In this document: positions 1 to 8,263 of the stretch, piece after piece | Layout of the letters: every line of letters starts with the position of its first letter | How positions within the stretch are numbered: position 1 is the first letter of the stretch | Assembly: GCF_002075285.3 (NCBI RefSeq) | Contig: NZ_CP021983.2 | Span: 2,940,001 to 2,972,000, forward strand | Source: Halomicronema hongdechloris C2206 | GTDB lineage: Bacteria > Cyanobacteriota > Cyanobacteriia > Phormidesmidales > Phormidesmidaceae | Length of the DNA: 32,000 nt | Reading direction: 5' to 3' | Position numbers and translations under genes: made by a program | Notes under the pieces: generated by a model | The model's input: only the letters and a program-made list of their open reading frames with translations | What the model was told of the DNA's origin: nothing | The model's database searches: none

Positions 1-1
1 G

Positions 2-586
2 TCCCTCGGCAGTGGCAAGTCTACCCTGCTGAAATATTCTGGGTGGCCTAGACGTGCCCAGCGGCGGCCAGGTGTATTTTCGCAACAGGCCCTGACCCCA
101 AGCCCAATGAGCAGGCTCTGACCCGGTTTCGCCGCCATGCCGTGGGGTTTGTATTCCAGTTCTACAACCTGATTCCCAGCCTCACCGCCAAAAGAAAGTG
201 GCCCTGGTCACCGACATCGCCCGCCGCCCCCATGGCCCCAGACCAGGCCCTGGACCTGGTGGGCCTGGCCGATCGGCTGGACCATTTTCCGGCCCAGCTG
301 TCCGGGGGGGAGCAGCAGCGGGTGGCCATCGCCCGGGCCATTGCCAAGCGGCCAGAGGTGCTCCTGTGCGACGAGCCCACCGGCGCCCTAGACTTTGAGA
401 CCGGCAAGCGGGTGCTGGAAACCCTGGAGCGGGTGAACCAGGAATTTGGCACCACCACGGCGGTGATCACCCACAATGCCGGCATCGCCGCCCATGGCCA
501 ACCGGGTGGTGCACATGCGCAGCGGTCGTATCACCCAGATCGATCGCAACGCCCAGAAGGCCTCCCCCAGTCAGTTGGAATGGTAA
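2..586 (+). pseudogene. ABC transporter ATP-binding subunit (MacB/LolD-like); 5' end outside window; reading frame broken at least five times (assembly error or genuine decay)
   Basis: Walker A GSGKSTLL (nt 8-31), [16 protein letters not shown], signature [14 protein letters not shown], Walker [13 protein letters not shown] and H-loop AVITHN are all present. The conserved C-terminus [32 protein letters not shown]-stop only appears after a frame change near nt 493 and ends at TAA 584-586. Other frame changes lie near 32, 86-106, 193 and 228. The track ORF 142..795 runs on into the repeat array only because of the last shift. Confidence 0.85.
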
Positions 587-619
587 GGTGCCGTGTGTTA
601 GCTATCGGCTATGAACTTA

Positions 620-705
620 GGGGAGATGGGGAGATGGGGAGATGGGGAGATAGGGAGATAGGGAGATGGGGAGATGGGGAGATGGGGAGATGGAGAGTGG
701 GAAGT
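620..705. repeat. Tandem octamer array GGGGAGAT
   Basis: Nine head-to-tail 8-mers at 620-691 (seven GGGGAGAT, two AGGGAGAT), then two degenerate 7-mers (GGAGAGT, GGGAAGT) to 705. Read directly from the sequence. Confidence 0.95.
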
Positions 706-751
706 CAGAATTATCAACAAGATCATCAAGTCGAAGCGAGTTTTGAGGTCT

Positions 752-844
752 TAGTTTTTAGTTTTCAGTTTTCAATTCACAGCATCAAGCCCTAACTCAA
801 AATTCAAAATTCAAAACTTCTTCTCCCTACCCCCTACTCCCTAA
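752..844. repeat. Three heptamer micro-arrays in the ATPase-permease spacer
   Basis: (T/C)AGTTTT x3 at 752-772, TCAAAA(T/C) x3 at 797-817, YCCCTAM x3 at 824-844. The last array is the C-rich counterpart of the TAGGGAG-type units at 620-705. Confidence 0.85.
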
Positions 845-866
845 CACTTCTGATGTCTGATTTCCA

Positions 867-3230
867 ATGAAAGCTCTCAACCAAAAACTCTTTCGCGATC
901 TATTGCACATGCGGGGGCAGGTGCTGGCGATCGTGCTGATTGTAGCGTGCGGCATCGCCAGTCTGGTGACGATGATGAGCACCTATGATTCTCTGAAGCT
1001 GACCCAAGACACTTACTATGAGCAGTACCGCTTTGCCGAGGTGTTTATGCAGCTGAAGCGGGCCCCCGAGAGTTTGGTATCGCGCATCGAGACCCTGCCT
1101 GGGGTGGGGGCGGTGCAGACGCGGGTGGTGAAAGATGTGACGCTATCGGTGGCGGGACTGGTGGAGCCGGCCACTGGGCGGCTGATTTCCATTCCAGAGC
1201 GGCCCACCCCGATGCTCAACGACCTGTTTATTCGCACTGGGCGCTACCCGGAGCGGGGGGATGAGGTGCTGGCGAGTGAGGCGTTTGCCAAAGCCAATCA
1301 TCTCGGCCTGAATGATACCGTCGGAGCGATCATCAATGGTCGCTGGCAGACGCTGCGGATTGTGGGAACTGCCTTGTCACCAGAGTATGTCTACGAGATT
1401 CGCGGCACTGAGTTGGTGCCTGACAACGAGCACTTCGGCTTGCTCTGGATGCAGCAGGATGCCCTCGGCACTGCCTTTGATATGAAGGCGAGGGGGCCTT
1501 TAACGATGTCCAGCCTGAGGCTCATGCCAGAGGCCAGCGAAGCCGAGGCCATCTTTCAGCTCGACCAGCACCTGGAAACCTACGGCGGATTGGGGGCCTT
1601 CGGGCGGGAAGACCAGGTTTCTAATAAGTTCATTTCCGAAGAGATCCGCATGCTCTCCGCCCAAGCTGTGCTGGTACCGAGCATTTTTCTGGGGATTGCG
1701 GCCTTTTTGCTCAACCTGGTGCTCAGCCGTCTGGTCAGCACCCAGCGGGACCAGATCGCGGTGATGAAAGCGTTTGGCTACGACAATATGGCTGTGGGGA
1801 TGCACTATCTGAAGCTAGTGATGGTGGTGGTGATCTTGGGGGCCATTCTGGGCAGCGGTTTGGGGTGGCGGCTGGGCTGGGGGATGACGCGCCTTTATGC
1901 GGATTTCTACCACTTCCCTTTGCTGCGTTACGAAATCCGTCCGGCAGTGCTACTGATGGCGCTGTTGGTCAGTGGCGGGGCGGCTATCTTGGGGGCGTTT
2001 CTGGCGGTGCAGCGGGCGGTGACCCTGCCCCCAGCGGAGGCAATGCGACCTGAGCCCCCAGCTATCTACCACCCGACTTTGGTGGAAAAGCTGGGCCTAC
2101 AACGGTGGTTTTCCGCCCCTAGTCGCATCATTCTGCGCAATTTGGAGCGCCGCCCGGTGCAGGGACTGTTGTCGGTGGTGGGAATTGCGGTTGCGATCGC
2201 CATTCTGGTATTGGGCCGTTACTTCACCGATGCGATGGACGCCCTGGTGGACATCCAGTTTCGCACCATCCAAAGAGAAGACATCACGCTGGTCTTCAAC
2301 AATCCCCTCTCTGCCCAGGCCCAGTTCGACCTCTATCACCTGCCAGGAGTGCTGCGGGCCGAACCATTTCGCACAGTCCCTGCCCGCCTGCGGTTTGGTC
2401 ACCTCAGCGAACTCAGCGGCATTACCGGAGTAGCACCCACCAACGAACTGCGCCGCCTGCTGGATCGCGATCGCAATCCGGTGGCGCTGCCTCCTGAAGG
2501 CGTCGTCTTATCCACCAAACTGTCGGACCTTTTGCAGGCCCAGCTCGGTGATGAGCTGATCGTGGAAGTGCTGGAAGGAGAACGCCCGACCCGCACTGTG
2601 CCTGTTACTGGCATTTTCGATGAACTGGTGGGTATCTCCGCCTACATGGATATCCACGCCCTCAACCGGCTGATGCGAGAAGGCTTCACCCTCTCCGGAG
2701 CCTATCTACAGGTGGATGCCCGGCAACAGTCCCAACTGTACGCCCAACTGAAGCAAACCCCGGTTGTCGCTAGCGTTGCTCTACGCCAGAGCACCATCGA
2801 CCAGTTCAACGACATCATTGCCGAGAGCATGGGTGGATTTACCACGGTACTGGTAGGGTTTGCCTCGATTATCGCCTTCGGGGTGGTCTACAACGCCGCC
2901 CGCATCGCCCTGTCCGAACGGGGGCGGGAGCTGGCGACCCTGCGCATCATCGGCTTTACCCGAGGTGAAATTGCCTTCATCTTGCTGGGAGAACAGGCAG
3001 TGCTGCTGGTGCTGGCAATACCTGTCGGTTTTGCTCTGGGGTTTGGGCTGGCAGCCCTGATTACGAACTTCTACGACTGGGAGCTCTTTCGCTTCCCGCT
3101 GGTGGTTACCCCCGCCAGCTATGCTTTCGCCTTTGTGGTGATTATGGCAGCGGCTCTGGTATCCGGCGGCATCATTCGCCGCCAGCTCAACCGCCTCGAT
3201 TTGATTGCTGTCCTAAAAACCCGCGAATAA
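867..3230 (+). CDS. ABC transporter permease with two FtsX-type domains (MacB-like, 787 aa)
   Basis: Uninterrupted 787-aa ORF. It has an N-terminal TM helix, a large periplasmic segment and a 3-TM FtsX block (SRLVSTQRDQIAVMKAFGY), followed by a second copy of the same layout (RGRELATLRIIGFTRGEI). It sits directly downstream of the ATPase. A probable compensating indel pair lies near 1484 and 1511: the alternative frame reads EGEGAFNDV, resembling the family motif FDMEGGFNDV. Confidence 0.9.
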   Translation: MKALNQKLFRDLLHMRGQVLAIVLIVACGIASLVTMMSTYDSLKLTQDTYYEQYRFAEVFMQLKRAPESLVSRIETLPGVGAVQTRVVKDVTLSVAGLVEPATGRLISIPERPTPMLNDLFIRTGRYPERGDEVLASEAFAKANHLGLNDTVGAIINGRWQTLRIVGTALSPEYVYEIRGTELVPDNEHFGLLWMQQDALGTAFDMKARGPLTMSSLRLMPEASEAEAIFQLDQHLETYGGLGAFGREDQVSNKFISEEIRMLSAQAVLVPSIFLGIAAFLLNLVLSRLVSTQRDQIAVMKAFGYDNMAVGMHYLKLVMVVVILGAILGSGLGWRLGWGMTRLYADFYHFPLLRYEIRPAVLLMALLVSGGAAILGAFLAVQRAVTLPPAEAMRPEPPAIYHPTLVEKLGLQRWFSAPSRIILRNLERRPVQGLLSVVGIAVAIAILVLGRYFTDAMDALVDIQFRTIQREDITLVFNNPLSAQAQFDLYHLPGVLRAEPFRTVPARLRFGHLSELSGITGVAPTNELRRLLDRDRNPVALPPEGVVLSTKLSDLLQAQLGDELIVEVLEGERPTRTVPVTGIFDELVGISAYMDIHALNRLMREGFTLSGAYLQVDARQQSQLYAQLKQTPVVASVALRQSTIDQFNDIIAESMGGFTTVLVGFASIIAFGVVYNAARIALSERGRELATLRIIGFTRGEIAFILLGEQAVLLVLAIPVGFALGFGLAALITNFYDWELFRFPLVVTPASYAFAFVVIMAAALVSGGIIRRQLNRLDLIAVLKTRE

Positions 3231-3242
3231 GGAGATTTGGCC

Positions 3243-4664
3243 ATGGGAGAGGTCCAGGACTCAACCGGGGAGCATGCCTGGCAACGGCGCTCCGAGGCCA
3301 CGGCCAACGCGCGACTGGAAAGCAACGCTGGTGGCGGCGATGGCCCCGTTGGCTGCCCTATCTGGTCTGGCTGGCTTAGGGGTGGCTGTATTGGTGGCCC
3401 TGGCCCTACGCCCCGCCCCCGAGGCGGTGGATATGGGCACCGCGTCACCAGCGGACCGCTGCAGGTGACCATCGATGCCGAGGGCAAAACCCGGGTGGAT
3501 CAGCGCTATGTGGTGGCAGCCCCGGTGACGGGGCGGCTGCAGCGCATTGAGTTGGAGGCGGGCGATGCGGTGACCGCCGGGGCGGTGGTGGCTCAGATCG
3601 ATCCCCTGCCCCTGAATAGCCAGGTGCGGGCGGCCCAGGCCCGGCTGCGGGAACTGCAGGCGCAGATCCGGGGGGTAGATACACAACGACCGAAACCAGA
3701 GGCCTTGGCCCAGGCCCAGGCCCGCTTACAGGCGGCGACAGCGACCCGGGAAGCCGCAGCCGCCGAGGCGGAGCGGCTGCGGGCAGATCTAGAACAGGCC
3801 AGACGCGATCGCACCCGGGCCCAGACCCTGGAAGCCCAGGGGGCCATCTCTCGACAGGAGCGGGAAGCCGCCGAACTGGAGGCCACCCGATTGAGCCAGG
3901 AGTTGGCGGCGGCCCAGCGACAGTTGGACGGTGCCACGGCAGAGGTGACCGCGGCTCGAGCAACCCTGCCCCTGCTGCGGGCAGAACAGCGAGACCCCGA
4001 CTACCTGATCGACGTGTACCGGGCCCAGATGGCCGCCGTGGAGGCAGAATTGGCCAATCTGGCCGACGAGGCCCGTCGCACCACCATTATGGCTCCAGTG
4101 GCTGGCAAAGTGTTGCGGGTGCCGGAAGCCAGCGCCCGGGTGGTCCAAGAGGGGGAGCCCCTGCTAGAGCTGGGCAATCCTGCAGAGCTAGAGTTGGTCA
4201 TCGACGTGCTCTCTGCTGACGCCGTCCGCATTACTCCCGGCGATCCAATTCTGGTGAAGCAGTGGGGCGGTGACGATGTCCTCAGGGCCAGGGTCAGCGC
4301 CATCGAACCGGCCGCCTTCACCGAAGTCTCCGCCCTGGGAGTAGAAGAGCAGCGGGTGAATGTCATCGGCCAGTTCGATCGCCCGGCCGCCGTCTCCCTG
4401 GGGGATGGCTATCGCATCGAAGCCGGCATCGTCGTCTGGGCCGCCGAGGAGGTACTGCAGGTGCCCGTCAGCGCCCTCTATCGCTGTGGGCAGCATTGGT
4501 GTGTCTTCGTGGTGGACAATGGCCGGACCGATCCCCGCCAGATCAGCATCGGTCAGCGTACGCCTACTGCGGCCGTGGTCACCGCTGGCCTGCAGCCGGG
4601 GGACCGGGTGATTCTCCACCCTAGTGACCAGATCGAGGCGGGGCAACCAGTGCAGCCCCGGTAG
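3243..4664 (+). CDS. HlyD-family periplasmic adaptor (membrane fusion protein)
   Basis: AAGGAG at 3229-3234 lies 8 nt before ATG 3243. There is a barrel/lipoyl motif (VVAAPVTGRLQRIELEAGDAV), a long Ala/Gln/Arg/Glu coiled-coil segment (about 3600-4050) and a C-terminal beta-barrel (IMAPVAGKVLRV). The expected N-terminal TM helix (ATLVAAMAPLAALSGLAGLGVAVLVALAL) is encoded in the +1 frame (track ORF 3274..3468). It rejoins this frame near 3445, so the 5' end is frame-disrupted or starts at ATG 3274. Confidence 0.85.
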   Translation: MGEVQDSTGEHAWQRRSEATANARLESNAGGGDGPVGCPIWSGWLRGGCIGGPGPTPRPRGGGYGHRVTSGPLQVTIDAEGKTRVDQRYVVAAPVTGRLQRIELEAGDAVTAGAVVAQIDPLPLNSQVRAAQARLRELQAQIRGVDTQRPKPEALAQAQARLQAATATREAAAAEAERLRADLEQARRDRTRAQTLEAQGAISRQEREAAELEATRLSQELAAAQRQLDGATAEVTAARATLPLLRAEQRDPDYLIDVYRAQMAAVEAELANLADEARRTTIMAPVAGKVLRVPEASARVVQEGEPLLELGNPAELELVIDVLSADAVRITPGDPILVKQWGGDDVLRARVSAIEPAAFTEVSALGVEEQRVNVIGQFDRPAAVSLGDGYRIEAGIVVWAAEEVLQVPVSALYRCGQHWCVFVVDNGRTDPRQISIGQRTPTAAVVTAGLQPGDRVILHPSDQIEAGQPVQPR

Positions 4665-4771
4665 TGCCCCCGGTAGTGCCATGATTGCAGCCAGTCCCCG
4701 CTATCTTGGCCATCGCAAAACCTCCCCCAACCGCGGGCTGAGGGAGGCGTGAGAGTCGGCCGGGCCCTTTG

Positions 4772-4933
4772 TTACTGAGCCCGCCACTGGCAGAGGAGCT
4801 TACCGTCGATGACTACCCATTGGGCGGTCAACGGGGAGGGTCGCTGCAGCAGAGGCTCTGACTTAGAGCTACCGTCGGCCGCCTGCAGCAGGGGCAGGGG
4901 ACGGTGGGCTTTGGGGTGGGGGTTCATGGTCAT
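4772..4933 (-). CDS. Small hypothetical protein, 53 aa (MTMNPHPKAHRPLPLLQAADGSSKSEPLLQRPSPLTAQWVVIDGKLLCQWRAQ)
   Basis: Not in the ORF track (under 60 aa). On the minus strand AAGGAG lies 8 nt upstream of the ATG (AAGGAGCCAACATCATG), and the ORF ends at TAA (plus 4772-4774). It is convergent with the HlyD gene. I recognise no family. Confidence 0.4.
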   Translation of the reverse strand: MTMNPHPKAHRPLPLLQAADGSSKSEPLLQRPSPLTAQWVVIDGKLLCQWRAQ

Positions 4934-5158
4934 GATGTTGGCTCCTTGAACGGGGGAATTGAATCGTCTGTACAGAACTTCAGCCCAGTCCTGACCGATT
5001 TCCAGGGAAATTTCGTGACATTTGATACTGTTAAAGGTGTCCTCGACGGCGGTCTGAGGTGATCTAGCGCACGATGAGCCGGGTCAGCCGGCGATGCCAT
5101 GGGCGGCCAGGATTGCCTTGACGGCTGGGCGGGGAGCCGTTGCATACAGGTACGGTAG

Positions 5159-5764
5159 ATGAGAGTACTACGAGGATTCATACCAGCACTGCTGCTGCTG
5201 GGAATTGCCATAGTGGTGCGGTGGATTCCGGATTCCCTGACGCAGGTAATGGCCGGAGACACCGCCGAGCCCCCTGAGGCAGCGGGTCAGGTCTATGAAC
5301 TGGTGCCGGGCTCGGTCTATGACGGCGATACCCTCAGGGTGACCAATGGCCGTGGAGACCTTAAGATCCGCCTATGTGGTATCGATGCCCCAGAGATAGA
5401 GCAGGCCCTAGGGATAGCGGCGCGAGACCACTTGCGATCGCTATTGGCTCAAGGGAATGGATCGCTGCTGCTAGTGCCGGTGGAGCAGGACCGCTATGGT
5501 CGCACGGTGGCGGAAATCTTCGTGCCCCTGGCCGGTCAGGCGGAAGAGATTCATCTCAATACCCAGATGGTGCTCGATGGCTATGCCTATCACTATGCCC
5601 AGTACAGTGATGCCTGCCCTAATGGTAGGCTGCTAGCAAGAGCCGAGGAGCAGGCCCAAGCCCAACAGCGAGGGATCTGGGGGGATGAGAATGCCGTGCC
5701 TCCCTGGGACTATCGGCAACGGCATCGTACGGCCGTGGATGAGGTCCTATGGTCTGCTCGCTAA
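5159..5764 (+). CDS. Thermonuclease (staphylococcal nuclease, SNase) family protein with N-terminal signal/anchor helix
   Basis: The hydrophobic N-terminus FIPALLLLGIAIVV is followed by the SNase core: VYDGDTLRV, IRLCGIDAPE, DRYGRTVAEI, LNTQMVLDGYA, EEQAQAQQRGIW. Confidence 0.85.
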   Translation: MRVLRGFIPALLLLGIAIVVRWIPDSLTQVMAGDTAEPPEAAGQVYELVPGSVYDGDTLRVTNGRGDLKIRLCGIDAPEIEQALGIAARDHLRSLLAQGNGSLLLVPVEQDRYGRTVAEIFVPLAGQAEEIHLNTQMVLDGYAYHYAQYSDACPNGRLLARAEEQAQAQQRGIWGDENAVPPWDYRQRHRTAVDEVLWSAR

Positions 5765-5986
5765 GCGAGTAAGCGGATTGACTAGTCACTGGGAGCAGAT
5801 GTCGCCCGATCTGAGCCGCATTCTCGGTGCCGCTAGCCCAGCGAATAACTCCACCATATTGCTTGGGCAAGCCCATCCACCTTTCGACAAGTTGCTCCTC
5901 CGGAGCCGCTGTGCAGACAGGGTATTGCCCATCCACCTGCTATCCCCTTGACGGGTACTTTATCTTCACGCGAATCCCTTACTCTC

Positions 5987-7207
5987 CTACTCGCCCACGC
6001 CTTCATTCCCCCCTTTCTTCAGGCTAAGAGCAAACCAGGCAGTCAGTAGGGTCAATCCGCCAGTGACCCAGAAGGGAAAGGAATAGCTGACACTGACCAG
6101 CACTCCCCCAATGGCAGGACCCAAGGCATTAGAGATGCTGAGATAGGACGAGTTTAGCCCCATTACCTGACCCTGCTCCTGGGGACCACTGCGCAGAGAC
6201 AGTAGGGCATCAATTAAAGGCATCGGGAAGGAGTTGACAGCGGCAAACAAGAGTAAGCTGAGGGCAAAGAACTCAGGGATGGGGAATGTGGGCATCAGCA
6301 GAAACAGTACCCCGCGAGCGGCCAGGGTGATAGCCAGGATATTAATCAGCTTAAACCGTCGCCGCAGAGGGTCTAGGCCAAATACCTGGGTGACAAAGCC
6401 AACGATACCTACCGCGGCAAAGGCGATCGCTAGAGCCCGGGCATCCTGACCCAAGACATTCAGGAAAAACGGCTGAAAGGCAAAGGTAAAAATGGTGAAG
6501 CTGGCCCCACTGAAGAAGGTGAGCAGAAATACCCGGCCAAAGCGAGGATCGCTAACAGATCGAGTGATTTCGCCGAAGCCAAACTCTTGCCAGCTCAGCT
6601 TAAAGGCGCCCCGACGAGGCAGGGTTTCTGGTAACAGGAACAGACAGAGCAGCACGGCGATACCAGCAATGATCGCGGCCCATAGGAAGCCCATGCCTAG
6701 GGAGGAGATGCCGGGCAGAGAGGGCATGGTCTGGGCCAGGTAACTCAGGGGGGGACCTGCCACAAATCCCAGGCGGAATAAGGCACTAAAAATACCGAAG
6801 GCCCGCGGCCGTTGCTCAGGGGTGGTGGTGTCGCTAATGATGGCTCGGGCGATGGAGTTATTGCCGCCGGTGACGCCGTCCAAAATGCGAGCAGCGAATA
6901 ACAGCCAGGGGACCAGGGTGACGCTGGCGATGGCGTTAGCGGCAACTGTTCCCAGCAGGCTCGCGATCAGTAGGGGTTTGCGACCCAGGCGATCCGATAG
7001 ACGCCCCAGGATTGGGGTGGCAATGAACTGGGAAATGGCGTAGGCAGTGGTCAGCAGGCTGGCCTGAAAGTCGCTGAGACCAAATTCCTTGGCGTAAGGA
7101 TAGATCAGCGGAATGATCAGGGTAAAGCTAACGGCATTGGTGAAGGCGACTAATGCAATTAGCCAGTACTGTAGGGGTAGCCGCGACGAGGATGGGGAGG
7201 GAGCCAT
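5987..7207 (-). CDS. MFS transporter (drug:H+ antiporter / Tet-like family)
   Basis: 406-aa ORF with about 12 hydrophobic segments and the MFS loop 2-3 motif GRLSDRLGRKPLL. Confidence 0.9.
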   Translation of the reverse strand: MAPSPSSSRLPLQYWLIALVAFTNAVSFTLIIPLIYPYAKEFGLSDFQASLLTTAYAISQFIATPILGRLSDRLGRKPLLIASLLGTVAANAIASVTLVPWLLFAARILDGVTGGNNSIARAIISDTTTPEQRPRAFGIFSALFRLGFVAGPPLSYLAQTMPSLPGISSLGMGFLWAAIIAGIAVLLCLFLLPETLPRRGAFKLSWQEFGFGEITRSVSDPRFGRVFLLTFFSGASFTIFTFAFQPFFLNVLGQDARALAIAFAAVGIVGFVTQVFGLDPLRRRFKLINILAITLAARGVLFLLMPTFPIPEFFALSLLLFAAVNSFPMPLIDALLSLRSGPQEQGQVMGLNSSYLSISNALGPAIGGVLVSVSYSFPFWVTGGLTLLTAWFALSLKKGGNEGVGE

Positions 7208-7341
7208 AAGATCTGACGTGGGTTAATGCGATGAAATCCTCTCGTTTAGGTCTGCTGAGAGGACGCGACATACACATTACCTCCTGCCCCCTCGGCTCCA
7301 TCTTTCCTGGGATCGCGTTGCTCCTATCGGCCTGACGTCTC

Positions 7342-8128
7342 CTAGTGACTGCCACTCTGGGATAATCGCCCAGCAGTGCGCAGAATCTGTCCAGCTAAGA
7401 TGGCGGCTCCGAAGCCGTTGTCAATATTGACCACCCCAATGCCAGCGGCACAGGAGTTGAGCATGGTCAGCAAGGGGGCCAATCCGTTAAAGCTAGCCCC
7501 ATAGCCAATGCTGGTGGGAACAGCAATCACAGGACAGTCTACCAGCCCGGCCACGACGCTGGGCAGGGCGCCTTCCATGCCCGCTACCACCACCAGTACA
7601 TCAGCCTGATATAGGACATCTCGATGTTTTAGCAGCCGATGTAACCCGGCGATGCCCACATCCCAGAGGCGTTGCACCCGAAACCCGGAGAGTTCAGCGG
7701 TGATGGCAGCCTCTTCGGCAACGGGCAGATCGGCAGTGCCGGCACTGAGGATGCCTAGGGTGCCTGGCTGCCAGGGGACAAGATTTAGGGGCGCCAGGGC
7801 ACAAATGCGGGCCGATTCGTAATAAAGGGCTTCGGGCAGATGCGATCGCACCTGCTCATACACATCCGGCTCGATCCGGGTAGCCATCACCACCGGATGA
7901 CGCTGGCGCAGGGCCTGCATGATCTCAACGATCTGCCTCACGGTTTTACCCGGTCCCCACACCACTTCTGGAAAGCCCGTGCGCAAGGGAACGGTGATGA
8001 TCGACCTTGGCAAACTCCGCCACCGGTTCAAAATCTAGATATTTCAGGTGCTCAAAGGCCTGACCTGGGCTCACCTGCCCCTGGGCCACAGCCTGCAGCA
8101 AACCACGCAATTTATCCGGCAAGGTCAC
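7342..8128 (-). pseudogene. larB: LarB (nickel-pincer cofactor biosynthesis, PurE/AIR-carboxylase-like), one frameshift
   Basis: The N-terminal piece (track ORF 7946..8128: LKYLDFEPVAEFAKVDHHR) and the main piece (7342..8031: LRTGFPEVVWGPGKT ... GILSAGTADLPVAEEA ... VVAGMEGALPSVVAGL ... IAVPTSIGYG) join if one base is removed in the GGG run at about 7987-7990. Confidence 0.8.
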
Positions 8129-8263
8129 AGTGACAACCGATAGAGAGGGCCTGTCTTAGGCTAGCGCCTTTCGTCCCATGGGGTAACAGCACCCAGACCA
8201 GGTTTTCCCGCTCCTATCTCTGGCCGTACCATAGATGATCTACCCCCGCTCCAGATATCCTCA

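Noticed and set aside
587-795. C-terminal 70 aa of track ORF 142..795 ([10 protein letters not shown]... repeat protein)
   Set aside because: It is translation of the GGGGAGAT array, reached only because of a frameshift near 493. The conserved ABC C-terminus ends at TAA 584-586 in another frame.
4654-4680. Near-tandem duplication CCCCGGTAGTG / CCCCCGGTAGTG spanning the HlyD stop codon
   Set aside because: It is real in the sequence but short. It most simply reflects replication slippage or an assembly stutter, and I can attach no functional inference to it.
3261-4682. Many long ORFs antisense to or overlapping the HlyD gene (e.g. 3445..3963 -, 3593..3937 -, 4188..4682 -)
   Set aside because: These are shadow ORFs typical of GC-rich, Ala/Arg-rich coding sequence. 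Their Pro/Arg/Gly-rich translations have no motifs, whereas the plus frame has clear HlyD features.
4930-5262. 110-aa minus-strand ORF overlapping the SNase gene start
   Set aside because: It has no RBS and no recognisable motif. It overlaps a well-supported gene and the better-supported 53-aa ORF lies in a different frame.
5871-5938. 12-nt direct repeat GCCCATCCACCT (5871-5882 and 5927-5938) flanking a small GCTCC/GGAGC hairpin, between the convergent SNase and MFS genes
   Set aside because: It is too short to distinguish from chance in GC-rich DNA. There is no U-tract for a terminator call.
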